A DNA stretch of 58,330 nt from Vicugna vicugna. Its lineage: Eukaryota. Under the pieces are notes generated by a model that saw only the letters and a list, made by a program, of their open reading frames with translations, did not search any database and was not told the DNA's origin. Positions within the stretch are counted from its first letter, which is position 1. Each line of letters starts with the position of its first letter. Shown here piece after piece: positions 1 through 13,129 of the stretch. The stretch covers positions 62,001 to 120,330 of the forward strand of contig MU057840.1 in assembly GCA_013265495.1 (NCBI GenBank). The letters run 5' to 3'. The translations under genes were made by a program, and so were the position numbers.

Positions 1-155
1 AAGACTGCCAGCTAGATACTTACATGCAATTTTTAGAAGAAGAGGCTGTTTTTGAAATGCATGTGCCTATTAACTCGCATAATGCAATGGAAATCACCAG
101 TAAGGGTCATTTGCTCAGCAGCTCAAAGCCAGAAAGGACACATTCTTAGACTCAC

Positions 156-269
156 ACGTTGTTGTCCCCCTGGCTCCTGGTGTGGTACGTCCGCCTTCCT
201 GCTGTCTTCCCATTCCTTAACTCCACGGCGGGCAGTTCTTTGAAATAACAGCAAAACTGCTCAATGTTA
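156..269 (-). CDS. USP3: USP3 exon 7 (catalytic domain), 114 bp, intact in the ancestral frame
   Basis: aaatag|T AAC ATT GAG...AAC AAC GT|gtgag; encodes NIEQFCCYFKELPAVELRNGKTAGRRTYHTRSQGDNNV, matching recalled human USP3. Confidence 0.96.
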
Positions 270-1010
270 CTATTTTAAAAGGAAGGGAAGAAAATTATTT
301 TTTTTAATGTACTAAGACTGTGAAGAAAGTACTCTGAGACCTACATACGGACTTTGAAAATGTCACCTTTCAATTTCTCATTAGAACTGTACCTCAGTGC
401 AATCTCTTCACTAAGTCTCCTCATTTACTCCAAGAAAACAATAGAAGCAGATGACTTTGCAGAAATAAAGACCTCAGAGCAAAACGTCTGTTCAAAAAAT
501 CCCCAAGCCCCTCTCCTCCCCGCACCCCCAACACACACACACACAATCTATAGACTGCGGTCATTTCTTTTCAGGGTGTTTGCTCCCAAGCGTTCAATAA
601 TTTCCTCAAATAAAAACAAATCACGAAACCAACCACACTGTTTAAATACGCCCCACAGAGTCACCAGGAGAATTCAGCAGTGACTAGAACTTCTTCCTTG
701 AGCAAGACTAGGCAAGTCAGTACCTAGTAAAGTTCAGTACCTTTAAGGAGAGACTGAACTCGGCTTCTGCTCCTCATTAGCAAGGTGGCCTTGGGAAAAT
801 ATAATTTATTCTGGTCTTTGATGCCACATTAAAAATCTAAAAGTACACAACTTTCAAAATAACTTCTTTTATGTACCAGGTCAGCCTTGTTGTCAGTTTT
901 ATTTTTACTGCTCATCTTACATTTTCAAGATCTTCTAAACCTCTGATCTTATGACCATACTTAAGAATGAATCATTGAACCAAGTTCTCTGAACAAGGTT
1001 CCTTATAGCC

Positions 1011-1206
1011 CAGGAGTCTGCAAGCTGTGGCCCACGGGACAAATCTGGCCCTGCACCAGTGAGCTTTTACATTTTTAAAGTGGCTTCTATATTTCTGAAG
1101 AGTTGTGTAAAACGGAGGGGCTGCTGAAGGGAGGAGACTGGATGTGGCATGCAAAGCTTAAAAAGATGTATTTAACCTGGCCTTTTACAGAAGTTTGCAG
1201 GCCTGT
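1011..1206. mobile_element. MER58-like hAT/Charlie non-autonomous DNA transposon
   Basis: Motifs ggcccacgggacaaatctggccc, ttttacatttttaaa and tggccttttacagaagtttgc resemble the recalled MER58A consensus. Confidence 0.65.
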
Positions 1207-1239
1207 GCTCAACCCTATTCGAGAAGCAACAGGAACCAA

Positions 1240-1455
1240 ATAATAATAACAGCTAACAGTTATTAGCTGCCAGGCACTGTTCTAAGCACTTTGTACAAAT
1301 TGTGTAATAGCTTCCCAACCACCCTGTGAGGTTCACTACTATCCCCCATTCCACTGATGAGAAAAGCAAGGCACAGGGAGCTGGGGTACCTGCCCCAAGT
1401 TCCTAGAGTTAGTGGCAGAGACAGGATCGGAACCCACTGCCTTTGCTCCTAACCG
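1240..1455 (-). mobile_element. MIR SINE
   Basis: ccaggcactgttctaagcacttt...accctgtgagg...cccattccactgatgagaaaagcaaggcacagggag...agtggcagag: antisense MIR core. Confidence 0.8.
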
Positions 1456-1504
1456 TTCCACTCGAAACTGATGTCAGGTACTTAGGCTCTGGCTGTAACA
1501 TTAC

Positions 1505-1587
1505 CTGAGGGACTGAAGGATGGCATTCATGAAACACGTGTTCCCCAAATTCCGCAGGCCTGTGGCACAGATGGCAGTGGTGCTTCC
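1505..1587 (-). CDS. USP3: USP3 exon 6 containing the USP Cys box with catalytic cysteine, 83 bp
   Basis: ttacag|GGA AGC...CTC AG|gtaa; encodes [27 protein letters not shown] (seen in ORF 1501..1734). [12 protein letters not shown] is the USP-family Cys box. Confidence 0.97.
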
Positions 1588-2787
1588 CTGTAAAATGGAA
1601 CAAGAGGCAGCCATCAGGAACGCCAAGAGAAGGCCAACTGTTCCGAACATCAAAGTGGAGCGAAGGGCTGGACTTGAAACTCTAGCATCCAGCCAGCTTG
1701 GAACTGATTCTTTTCTGCCCAGCGAGTATTTCAAATTCCTTTTCTATTCTCTGTATAAGTGTCTGGATATTTTTAGAAGGCTGTTTCTGATCCTAGAACT
1801 GTTCTAAATGGGAGTATCTTATGGAAGCTTATGAGAGATCGGCATTACTAACTACTGTGGAGTACACATTGCAGAAACCAGGCAGGTCCTTCAAAGAAAT
1901 ACGTTTAGGACTTAATACTTGTATAAGATTCTATTAAAGCTACTACAAATCAGAAAAAGTATAAATATGTACATCTCAAGTATTTCTGTCCCCCAACTTT
2001 TAATTCTAAGCCACGGAAATAATTAATACATGTTTTCCTAGCAATGGAATACCAATCTTAAAACACCACCTGGACTTCCCTTAAAGACTAAGGTTTAGTT
2101 TTCTGATTAGCTGTACAAATGCACCACGATGTCTGAATACTACACGTGGGAAGTCAATCTACCAATCCAAGCCAAAGCGTCATGTCAGCTTTCTTCCACA
2201 AAGTTGTAACACTTTAGCTAAGTGTGTGTATAAACATAGCTAGCGTGACAGCACGAGGGTAGATGCAGGTTGAAATTACTGTTGTATTTAGAAATATTTA
2301 GTGATCTTTACATTTTGTTACTCCATTCATGGCTCATACATCTGGTAACAGCTGCATATCAGAATGAGAAAGCATATTCTTTTATGGTGAAACTGTATTA
2401 ATGCAGTCCTAAGAAAGAAAACATACCCAAACTTCAGACCCCTGGAGTTTGCACTGGGGACCTTAAAAAGAAGGAAGCAAGAACTCTGGGGTCCTACAGA
2501 AACAGAGTAACAAGGCAGCCGAGTAAGCGTGAAGAACAAACGCTTGCTAAGGCGGAGGAGCAGGGCAGCAGTCCTGACAGAGGGAAGGCACTGACAGACG
2601 GACCCCCTGGGGAACTGAGTAGCATGAAGGATCATTAGTACAAGTGGCAAACATTTCGTAAAATAATCCAAGTCCAAGGCATGCAGTTACAAAAGTTTAC
2701 AAGGGGCAACATTAATGTTAGAACTGTAATCAAACAGTGACTAGATCTCAACCAATTCTTACAGCTGAATAAATTTTAATTACTTAC

Positions 2788-2864
2788 ATTTACTTTCAAT
2801 AACTTGCTGTTTAGTGATGAGTTTTCCAAAAGTTTTCTTTTCCGATGCCTGTCCGAAAGCTGAG
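2788..2864 (-). CDS. USP3: USP3 exon 5 with 5-bp deletion (77 bp instead of the 82 needed to keep frame)
   Basis: taatag|CTCAGCTTTCGGACAGGCATCGGAAAAGA...AAAGTAAAT|gtaagt. S-A-F is followed by one extra G, then [22 protein letters not shown]; the T-A codons of SAFTADRH are reduced to 1 nt. Confidence 0.93.
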
Positions 2865-5627
2865 CTATTAAAACACAAAGAGACAGATGGTCAAAAAGAC
2901 ACTAGTACAGACACACTCCACAACAAGGTAAAGAATAAGCGTGGCTGTTTGAAGCGTCCAGGGTGCGGAGCCTGGCTGCTCAGACAGGCCAGGAAGGGAC
3001 GCGTTGGGCCCACTGCGGCCCACAAGGATTTCAAGTAACGCAGGAGCTCCACTTTCCTGGAAATCCCCGCTGCTCCTCCAGCAGGAGCTTCCCAGAAAAG
3101 CTGGCCAGGTACACGTGGCCAGTGAGACAGTCCCTCGCCGCCACCACTCTATCTAAATGATGGTGAAGCTTCCAACAGGAGCACAGGCCTTCCTTGTAAC
3201 AAAAGGACAGCCCTGGTCTGACACGATTATTCTGAGAGTTAACACCAAGTCTCAGACACTATGCTACTTCTTTCTTAAGTTTAATAAAGGGATCATGTTT
3301 TGTTCATATGTTGTAATAGATGATGATATACTGAGTCTGCAGAATGATAAATAAGTCATAGGCATATATAAATTCATTTGACTCAGCTATGGTACAAAGC
3401 ATATTCTAAAAGAAATCCTAATTAGCACATAAGTCCTGAATTTAAATTATTTAAATTTTTCTTGATGAAAGAGATTCTGTTTGAAATTTACCAGAAAGTG
3501 ATTCCTATCTTCAAAGCATCACTTTCAAATTATTACGTATTAGGAGAACTGATCTAAAGGAAGTAAAAACTACTATTAAACAACACACACTTTTAAGTCT
3601 ACCAACTCCTTCCTGTATTCCAAAAGTGCCAGGCTAATTCAGAGTAAATACATAATTATTTTTCTTTCCAGAATTTCCACAGGAAATACAATGTCTTTGG
3701 AGCATCAGATATTAGTGACAGTCAGTTGCTTCAAATCTAAAAATAGTCTTAGGAAACAAGTCTTCAGAACTGTGTGTGTGTCCCTCAGTGCCCTGGTGAC
3801 TACAAGACAAGACAAGATCAACCCCATGGACTGTGATGCTAACTTACTTCCTCACAAATCCTGCCAGTAAAGAAGCTGAGTCACAAGCACTGTGTATATA
3901 CTACTTAGTGACAATGCCTGATAGTTGACTTTTAGTTTCAACTTATATATATAAAGCATTTAGCTTTTCAAAAAGTTATTAAATTTTACCATCAGTGATT
4001 CTCAAAAGGGCAGAATCCTTTAGATCCGTTTGAATTTGCATTTGAAAAACATAAAAGTAAACCTAGGTAATGTTCCTTGACATAGGAAAAGGACTGCAGG
4101 TAGATTTTTTTCCAGTGGGGCCAAGTAGAAGTGTAGACGAGGCGATCGGTGACATCTTTTACCCGGTGACGTCGTCGATGGCAATAAAAGATCTGATAAC
4201 TGCATAAATGCAAGCAGGTTCCCGAATGTCCTGTTTTCTGTTTGACTTAGTTCTAAGGAAGTTATCTGGCATTGAGATGGCAGCCTTTTCTTAGAGAAAA
4301 TTCTAAGTGGCAGGAAAAAATAACCTCGTAGTTACCCACTTCTCTAACAAAGAAACAGGCTAGTGAGATCTTTACGACATCACCACATCGGAGAGTGATG
4401 TTACATAAATTACTGCAGGAGTCTCCTACTTTGCAGGTAACTGTGACAATCTGAGACGAAATGCAGTGTATTGGATCTGTGCATCTTTATCTGTGACTCT
4501 GATTCCAGACAGGGCTCCTGCTGCTTTGTTCAAATTAAAAGAAGGGAGGAGGCTCTTTGAAAAAGAGAGGAGACACAAGATGACAAGCCAAAAAGTATTT
4601 AAACCCAAAGTGTTCTAACGGGTTGAGACTTTTAAAGAATCAATTGTTCTTTCTTTATCAGCTTATAACCTATCTGGTGGAGACATGCAAGAGACTTTGG
4701 CTAACCAATGCTGGACAGTGTTTCATGCAAAGAACTTGGGTTATTCCCCCTCAGTATGCAATTTCAAAATACTCTATTGGCTTTGCATTTAAGTTTGCTA
4801 AGGGACCTCACTTCTGGTGTGATCTCACAACAGTGTCCAAATAAATCAGATGGCACCTGACAATTAGGAGTGAATTACACAAATTCCACCTGACTCAGTG
4901 GTCATTCTAGGCCATGCTTTTATCCACTGCAGCTTCAAAGACCACAGCTACTGGGGCTTTTGTTACTGCTTGAATTTTGGGTCCAGTGGGTTTTCTGTGA
5001 CTAACCGATTTAGCCATAGCAAAAAAAAAAAACAAACAAACAAAACTATGCACATAGGTACTTTAACTTCCTTATGATGACAAAGCATTTCACAGCTTCC
5101 TGTACTTTCAAGTGATACATACTGTCCCTACCAAAAAAGGGAAAGAAAGTAGGATCCTGTGCTGTAACACTGATGCAAAGTGAAGAACAATGTAATTCAT
5201 CCTAATTTCCCTTAAAAATGATAAATTTCAGAGCTTCTACGAAGACCTCATAGTACATTTCACAAGGTTTTTCTAATAACAAAGGAAACTCTATAATGAT
5301 TATTTTGTTTTCTGCCCGTCCCGTGCAGTCCCAAAATTCCCCTTGCAAATAAACTGGGGAGCTGACAGGTTGGTGGGGTGATAACTGAGAAAATGGGCTC
5401 TGGAGCCCTCGGATATGGATATAAACGTTAAATGACATGAACGCTGAGCTATGATCAGGAACCATGGGCATTTTCAGACACCCATACCTGAGGTTTGAGT
5501 CATTCACGTTTCAATCACACTAAAAACATGATGAAATACAGAACTCATAAACAAAAATCCTGCTCAGAAATTCTACAAGACCCCTCAATCCCATTCCACC
5601 CCTTCTCTCCCAAGGCCTGTTACTTAC

Positions 5628-5711
5628 TTTTCCAAGTTCTGTAAGTGTTCTCTGATTTTCTGTACCAGTCCCAGCTTGGTGTCACTGACCACAAAATCAT
5701 CACAGCGATAA
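5628..5711 (-). CDS. USP3: USP3 exon 4, 84 bp
   Basis: ttgcag|T TAT CGC TGT GAT...GAA AA|gtaagt; encodes YRCDDFVVSDTKLGLVQKIREHLQNLEN. Confidence 0.96.
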
Positions 5712-7649
5712 CTGCAAGGAAAACATTAATCAATGCGTGTACAGAGCTTGCGGAAACCACAGTAATGGAATCACTGAAAGGCCTGGCTGCTGTCAAGACG
5801 ATCACATGGCTCTGCAGGCAGTTACTGTCGCTGGTGAGTTGAAAGAGGACTTGGAACTCACAATGGAATGTTTTTTCAGAGCCTTTTCAAAAAGCCAGGT
5901 AGGCAATGAACACTAACTTCTTTTCACATTTTTATTCAAAGGCTCTCCAATTCCTCTTTCAAAAATGAAATAAGCTGCTACATGTGTTATATTCTTTTTA
6001 GTGGTGTGTAATACACGGAAAATGAAACACAAACCTCCAATCCTATTCCTGGAGCATGAAGCCTGAAGCTTTAACATCACGTGATCCTTCCCAACTCAAA
6101 TTAATGGGGAGTTTACGGGGAGGGAGAGGTTTAAGTGAAAAGCAGGGTAAAGACAATTAACCTGTGGGGATAGCTGGATAAAAAATGAAAAGCTATACGT
6201 TTTATACATAATTTAAATAAATTAAATTCAGATGGCTGAGAAGAATGCATCTTTTCATTCTGAAGTGTTAGAAGACAAAAGTGTAAAAGAGTGGATACAT
6301 CTTTCATGAAATTCACAACCGCTTTGAAGACAGACATTTAAGGTATTCTTTAAGACTGATACTGTGTGTGTTTGTGTATCTGTGCAAGACAATAAGCAAA
6401 TAATATAAGGAATCACACATAACTTCAACTTGTACATCAGCATTCATTTTTTTTCTGAAATAAGGCCAATCTTAACAAACAACTTACAAGCTAGTACAAA
6501 TACATTCTTTTGAACTGCAGCTTTGAACAAAACTACTTACTATAACTACCAAAGAATAATGACACTAACACTGCCATTCTGAGCAAACAAAACTTTGAAT
6601 GCATAGCAATTAGTAAAAGTTAAGTCATCTCTAGCAGAATCCAAAAAACATTTCTTACATACCTAAAACCAGTCTATTAAAAAATTGAAAAGAGGATGAG
6701 AGAAAGGAATTTTAAAAAAATTACGCACCAAAGTATGGCTTCCATCTTTTATTCACAGGAGTCAAACTGTGAATGCTTTCAAAAACTTTAACTAAAATAT
6801 GTATGTGATTATTTAATACTCCCTCCCCCCATTAATTAACTACCTACACTGACAATCAAGAACCCCTGACGTGCTCTCCCAGTGCCTGTGCTCGAACCTT
6901 AACATTTCCACGTGTAGCAAAAGCTGCCTCTTATATCCTAGACCCTTTCTCTATGGTCAAATACCAGCAATGGCAGGAGAATAATCCCTTATCAGTTTTA
7001 TGACAAATACACAGAGGAATTAAATTACTGAAAAGGTTTAATTTCCTGCTTCCTCTCGGCATAAACGTGAAGGGGGTAAGGTCTGCTCTGTAAACCTGGG
7101 CTTAAGGCACTTGGTTCCTCCAGAAACCCCAGGCATCACTGACGAATGAAACTGCTCTGTTACTCTAACTCCTGCTCATGTTTTTATTTTATGTTTGCAT
7201 AAATAGATGCATGTATTTCAGCTAAAACTGTGCTCAGCGTTCAAAATAAAAACACCACCAAATGCTAATGTTCATCTGGGAAAGGAAGTTTAAGAGCAAA
7301 CACAGATCACCTTTCATGTATTGACATGCTGCTAGAGTAGCTAACTGAAAAGTAAACCCCTTAACCACCGCCAAAAAATGGCTGCTTTGTTTTAAGAAAT
7401 GAATTGTTTCACATGATATGAAGTAACTAATTCTTTTTTTATTAAAGTAGTTCTTTTTGGTGTGACATGGACTCAGGCTTTAACATTTGTTAAAGTAACA
7501 TTTTCATACATTGAAATACAGACTTATTTACAGCTTGCTCCATTCTGAACTAACCTGGCTTAACCGGGTCTAGCTGCTCCCGCTCTCTTAATGGTCACCA
7601 TTCAAGCAAGTTGCTCTGGGCTCAAGAGCTGTGCTAACGTGGCTGATGC

Positions 7650-10074
7650 AATTGAGAAGCTGAATTTAAACATTTTAATTGACACAAAATTTTACTTAAC
7701 AACTGAAGCAGTATACAATATTTTTCCATTAAATATAACTTCATGGTTTTGGTAATACTATATTTCACTTTTATGATTATACAGTGTAAGACGTACTGCA
7801 GTGCACATGGTGGGTGCACGTGCCATTTCTAGGACCGCATCTAAGCGCATCACCAGTCTAGTTTGTGTCAACAGAAAGACTCAATTAAAGTTATTTTTCT
7901 ATACAATAATGCAGCACCATGTGTTTATTTGCATATCTTATGCAGACAGCATGAGTTACAGGGACACCTATGTAAACTGTAATTGGTAGTTAAATTAAAA
8001 CACTTATTTGGGGTGGGGGTGGGTATAGCTCAGTGACAGAGTGCCTGCTTCGTATGTACATGGTTCTGGGTTCAGTCCCCAGTGCCTGCATTAAAAATAA
8101 ATAAACACACACTTATTTTAATTATAATATAATTAAGTTATCCTTCCGGCTTAAAAATTAAGAATGAAAATTTTTTCACTTCCAAATGAAGGCACACTAA
8201 TGAGGCAGAATCAAGTCGAGAAGGTGTATCACAAATTTTACAAAGAACGGCAATTATAACTTACTACAACAGAGCAAAATTACCAAGCTGTGTAAAAAAA
8301 CTTGTAAGATAATAAAGCAGACAATATTAAGAGTCATCTTCAGCAAGTGCATAATAATTTGAGAAGTTAGCTCTCTACAGTCAAAATATAATCAACGTAA
8401 TTTTTCACAATCAATGAAATCAGAATGAAATGTATAATAAAAAAAATTTCTTGGTAATTTTAAGGATTTGCACTTGTAATTCTGGCCAGCTATAAAACAG
8501 CTTGAATTCTTAAGAAAGACAATCATTTTCAGATGGCAAGATGGAACAATAAATTATTATTTTAGCTAAAGGAATTATGTTTAAAATTTTGAGGTCAAGA
8601 TTAAAAAGGCTATTTTATAAAAAGTGAAAAGATCTTCAATTGATCCACCAAGCAACTATCAGTGAATAAAAGACCTTTCTAGTAAGATCAATCAGTTCAA
8701 CATCTGAAATTTTTACGTATTTTTATTTTTAGCTTTAGATGACTTTTACAAGACAAGAAATGGTGGCCAATTAATACTTTAGGGACATTTTGTCTCAAAT
8801 GACTTCCAAATTGAAATGCCTTTGTCTATTAGCAACCTTAAAAACAATCAATCTCATGCTGTAAATATTTCTTAATCTTTTATATCCATCACTTTCAGCT
8901 AGATTTAAAAAAACTTAAGACAGACATATGGGATCAAAAGCCCAGATTTACCGGAATTATTTCCCTTATTTGCTCTAGTGAGTGTTAACCTACTGAAAAT
9001 ACGTGTGCTCTGAAGCAGACTATCATGGAAGCAGTTACGGAAATTGTATAATACATATGTACAAATGCTACGAATCATCACCAGTTTATGGAGCTGTTAA
9101 AAGAAATAGAAGATGATGAATTTAATGACTATGTGTTCTCTGCCAGTGTTCACTGGAAGTCATGGAAGAATTTAACAAAGGTTCACTGTACTGTTAACTC
9201 TAATTCAAGATTTTCTTGAAACAAAAGGCACACTTGCCTGTATTCAGCAGAGAGAAAACATCACAGCAGGATTTACGACTCACCTGGATCACAACACAAA
9301 CGCCTGAGCTCAGTTTACAAATCCCAGGAGAGAGCAAGCTTGTTTGTGACCTAGACAGACAGGTATTAGAACTTTTGTTAAAATTTATACTATTCATAAT
9401 ACAAATCAATAATGATTCTTACACACTTTAGCATGAACAAAGATGCACAAGATTTTAATGATAAAGCATTAAGTCGGATGCAGAATCTACAAAAAAAAAA
9501 TGAAGAATGCTTTGTGATATGGGTAAATTTAGAGGTGATTTTCAGTTTACATAATCGCCCTCTGAATTCAATAATGAGTTGTTACAATAGTGGATTTACT
9601 CAACTTACATACAGTTTTGAAACTGATATGCTCTTGCTTCAGAGTCAAATCAATTATTCTAAAAAGATGCTTCAGTCTTGTCAATACAGATGCAAATACT
9701 GAAGAAAATGGGGTTTTCTGGTACTTTACTCATTAACTGGCAAAATCTTAATAGTGTTTGTAATCTACATTTTTAACTGCAATTTTAATGACTAAATACA
9801 GATCAAGCATTTCGGATGAAAAGTTAGCATCTGAATGGAGACATTCTGTATGTATAAAATACACGTTGGATTTTGAAGGTTTCATAAAAAAAGACGCAAA
9901 CTATCTCTAATAATTCTATATAAATTACCATGCTGACATAATACTTTGGATAACTGGGTTAAATAAAATACACAATTAAAATTAATTAGCCTATTTCTCT
10001 TTGCTTTTTTAATGTGGCTACTTGAAAATTATAAATTACATACGGGATAAATTATTTCTGTTGGACAGCACTGC
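7650..10074. mobile_element. Decayed Charlie1-like hAT DNA transposon
   Basis: Right end tttttaatgtggctacttgaaaattataaattacata...tttctgttggacagcactg resembles the Charlie1/MER3/MER33 terminus, with a long AT-rich interior. Left boundary uncertain. Confidence 0.55.
8010..8108 (+). mobile_element. Camelid tRNA-derived SINE (Vic-1-like) with 10-bp TSD
   Basis: gggtatagctcagtgacagagtg...ctgggttcagtccccagtgcc (A/B boxes) and A-rich tail; ACACTTATTT at 8000-8009 and 8109-8118. Confidence 0.85.
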
Positions 10075-12064
10075 TAGTCTAAAGAATATCTAAGATGCTA
10101 CCTGCCCAACATCATAAACAGGTAACAACTATAACTTTATTGAATTATAAGAAATCAACTTCAACTGGACTTAACTGGACACTGGCTTAACACATTTTAA
10201 GTTTTCACAATTATCCCTATTTGTCAAGAGTCAATTTTAGGTCTTCTTACGGTCACTCGGAAGGACATTTCCTGCCAAGATTATAAACTGCACACTGCCT
10301 GAATCTACTGCGCTCTGTGTTAGCTGCTGATGATGAAAGGAAAGCATCTGCTTCTAAGGGTCAAAACTTCCAAGAGCACCTGGCACGTGGTAGAGGGTGG
10401 ATACGTGTGAGCTTCCTTCCATGGCGGAACCAAGAGCTGCCTTACAGCCCTCTCCTCTAGCTGCCCCCATCCCCCGTTTTGATTTCTTCTTCCTCCCTGA
10501 CCCAGAGGTCAAAAGAAAATAAGTTACAAAAGTAGGAAATAAATAAGAATTTAAATGCTGTCTGTTGCCTTAGTCTTTAGCTGAGACATTGATTCAAGTA
10601 AACAAACTCTAAAGGTCTCTTCCTGGTTTACCATTGTGTTGAAGCTAAGTCAGAATCATGCTTTCCTCCAACACCTGAAAACAATGTAGCCACTTTTCTT
10701 AGTTTGCCCTTCAGAAAGGTCACACCAGAATAAGAAGTACAAAAAAAGATAGTAACTTTCAGGTTGTGTTTCAAAAGCTTCTAGATTTGGCCTCTGAAAT
10801 GTGGAATCCTTTTTCCCATTTTGAAAGAAAAACAGTTATAATGTATGGTTATATGTTGTAAGGTGAAAATACACCTGGTTCCGAAAATGTAACTGAAATA
10901 ATATAAAAAGTGCCACCCTTTTCTTCTTTCCACTGAGAAACTGGAGCAGACGTCCAGGTTTTGGTGCCCCTTCATATAAACAGGACTTCATGTGTCTATC
11001 AAACCAAAGTCAGGAACTACCTATATCGCCTGACCAATGTTTTGGCTATTAAATTAACACTTAGGCAAGTTTTACTTTAATGATTTTAGGTGATCCTTCC
11101 AGAAAAGATGAGCTCTACTTCTAACAGACCACTTGTCACATAAGGAAAACATTTTCTTCTGTATTTAGTAAGAAGAGAGAACTGCGTAAGAAAACTTAGG
11201 CAAACTGAACACTAAAGACAAAAAAATACTTCGAAATCACATTAGGCAACATATTAGAGACGGTAGATGAGGCAATCAGATATAAAAAGGCAGGAGGACG
11301 ACCGGCACTTCCTCTACGCCCAACACCTTGAGACAAACTACACTATCATCTTAGCTACATACAACTTAGCCTCAAACCAAGTTCCTTGAGCCAAATATGA
11401 TCCTAAAGTAATTCTACACTACTTTAAGCCAAAGGTTAACAAACTAATTAAATGTAGAGTATTACATACTGTTAAGGGCAGAAGACACACAATTAATTTG
11501 ACCACCTTGTGCTGAAAGAGTATCTACCAGGTAGCAGGTAAATTTTCATAAGAAACACACGTTATTTATACTATTATATAATTAGGTTAAAAATTGATAA
11601 AAACCACAGCTTAAGTTATTTTCAATTCTGATTACTCTAATAAACAGCAAAACTGTCCAATTTTTTTCATTACATTGATTCTTTATGTGTACATCTGTAA
11701 TCTTGATTTTTTTCTAACTTCTCACATCTAATCATACCTAATCCTTTCTATGTTTCTTTATATAATCTCCCCCAAACTCATCTTTTTTCTCCTCAATCTC
11801 AACTAACATTTTGTTCTATACCTTGGTTACCTCCTTTGGGGTGATATCCCCCAACCCCCAAATACAGTGACTTTCAAATCCACAGATATCTGTATCTGAA
11901 TTAAGCTACAGTACTTGATGGTCTGCACAATGTCAACCTCACCTCAATTTTCTTCTCTCTCGCCTTTCCCCCCAAATCTTCCCTTTCCCTTCAGCATTAA
12001 ATGCTTTACGTTTAGATATACGCTTTTGTCCCATACACCAACTCCCTTACCCTCCTCAGCTCAG

Positions 12065-12404
12065 NNNNNNNNNNNNNNNNNNNNNNNNNNNNNNNNNNNN
12101 NNNNNNNNNNNNNNNNNNNNNNNNNNNNNNNNNNNNNNNNNNNNNNNNNNNNNNNNNNNNNNNNNNNNNNNNNNNNNNNNNNNNNNNNNNNNNNNNNNNN
12201 NNNNNNNNNNNNNNNNNNNNNNNNNNNNNNNNNNNNNNNNNNNNNNNNNNNNNNNNNNNNNNNNNNNNNNNNNNNNNNNNNNNNNNNNNNNNNNNNNNNN
12301 NNNNNNNNNNNNNNNNNNNNNNNNNNNNNNNNNNNNNNNNNNNNNNNNNNNNNNNNNNNNNNNNNNNNNNNNNNNNNNNNNNNNNNNNNNNNNNNNNNNN
12401 NNNN
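12065..12404. other. Assembly gap (340 N)
   Basis: Run of N. Confidence 1.
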
Positions 12405-13129
12405 TTGACATAAATGACAGTGGATGTAATTTCCTACTTCATGTGATCTCTCGAACTTTTTGTCCCATTAATCAGATCTGCTTGGTCTGTGTTTTTATTA
12501 GAGAGCCAGTATCTTTACTTTGCGGTATGTCTCATGGGCTCACAGTAACGTATGTCAGCTTGCCTCTTCCTTGTTCACCAGTAATTGCGTTACTACTGTT
12601 AGTGTTACCTTGGAGGATTTTTCCTTCTGCACATCTTTAAAAATATGTATCCATCTGATGAGGGCTGATTTGGTAATATCAAGTGAATCCACATAACTAG
12701 GCAGACAGAAACCGTAACACACTGGCCAAGGCCAGACGGCAGCAAGGGTGAGGACAACACGTGAAGCTCCGAGTCAGGACCCTCCGCGTTTGGTTCACGC
12801 CACGTAACCGTCTCACCTACCGACCAGTGGCAGTAGGCAGACTAAATATTTGCAAAGCCTTTTTTTCTTTTCTTTAGATAAAAGGATTTAATAGACATTC
12901 TGATATTTTCTTCCCATACCCCCAAGTACATTATTTTAGAGACCATTGCTCTAAAAAGCAGGCCCCTAACACGTAGCAGGTTCTCAATGAATATTTACTG
13001 AATAAAAACAATATATACTATTCTGATTTTAAGAATTGTTCACATTATGTTTGAGGACCTTGTCTCAAATAAAGGTTTTGAAGGTAAAAATCTGGGGGAA
13101 GAGAAAGAAACTGCTTATAATGCCGAGTT

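Noticed and set aside
8010..8108. tRNA-like sequences (also 21873-22017 and 26170-26272)
   Set aside because: A/B boxes with A-rich tails and a TSD indicate SINEs, not tRNA genes.
11915..12640. 241-aa and 116-aa ORFs
   Set aside because: They span the 340-N gap, so they are artefacts.
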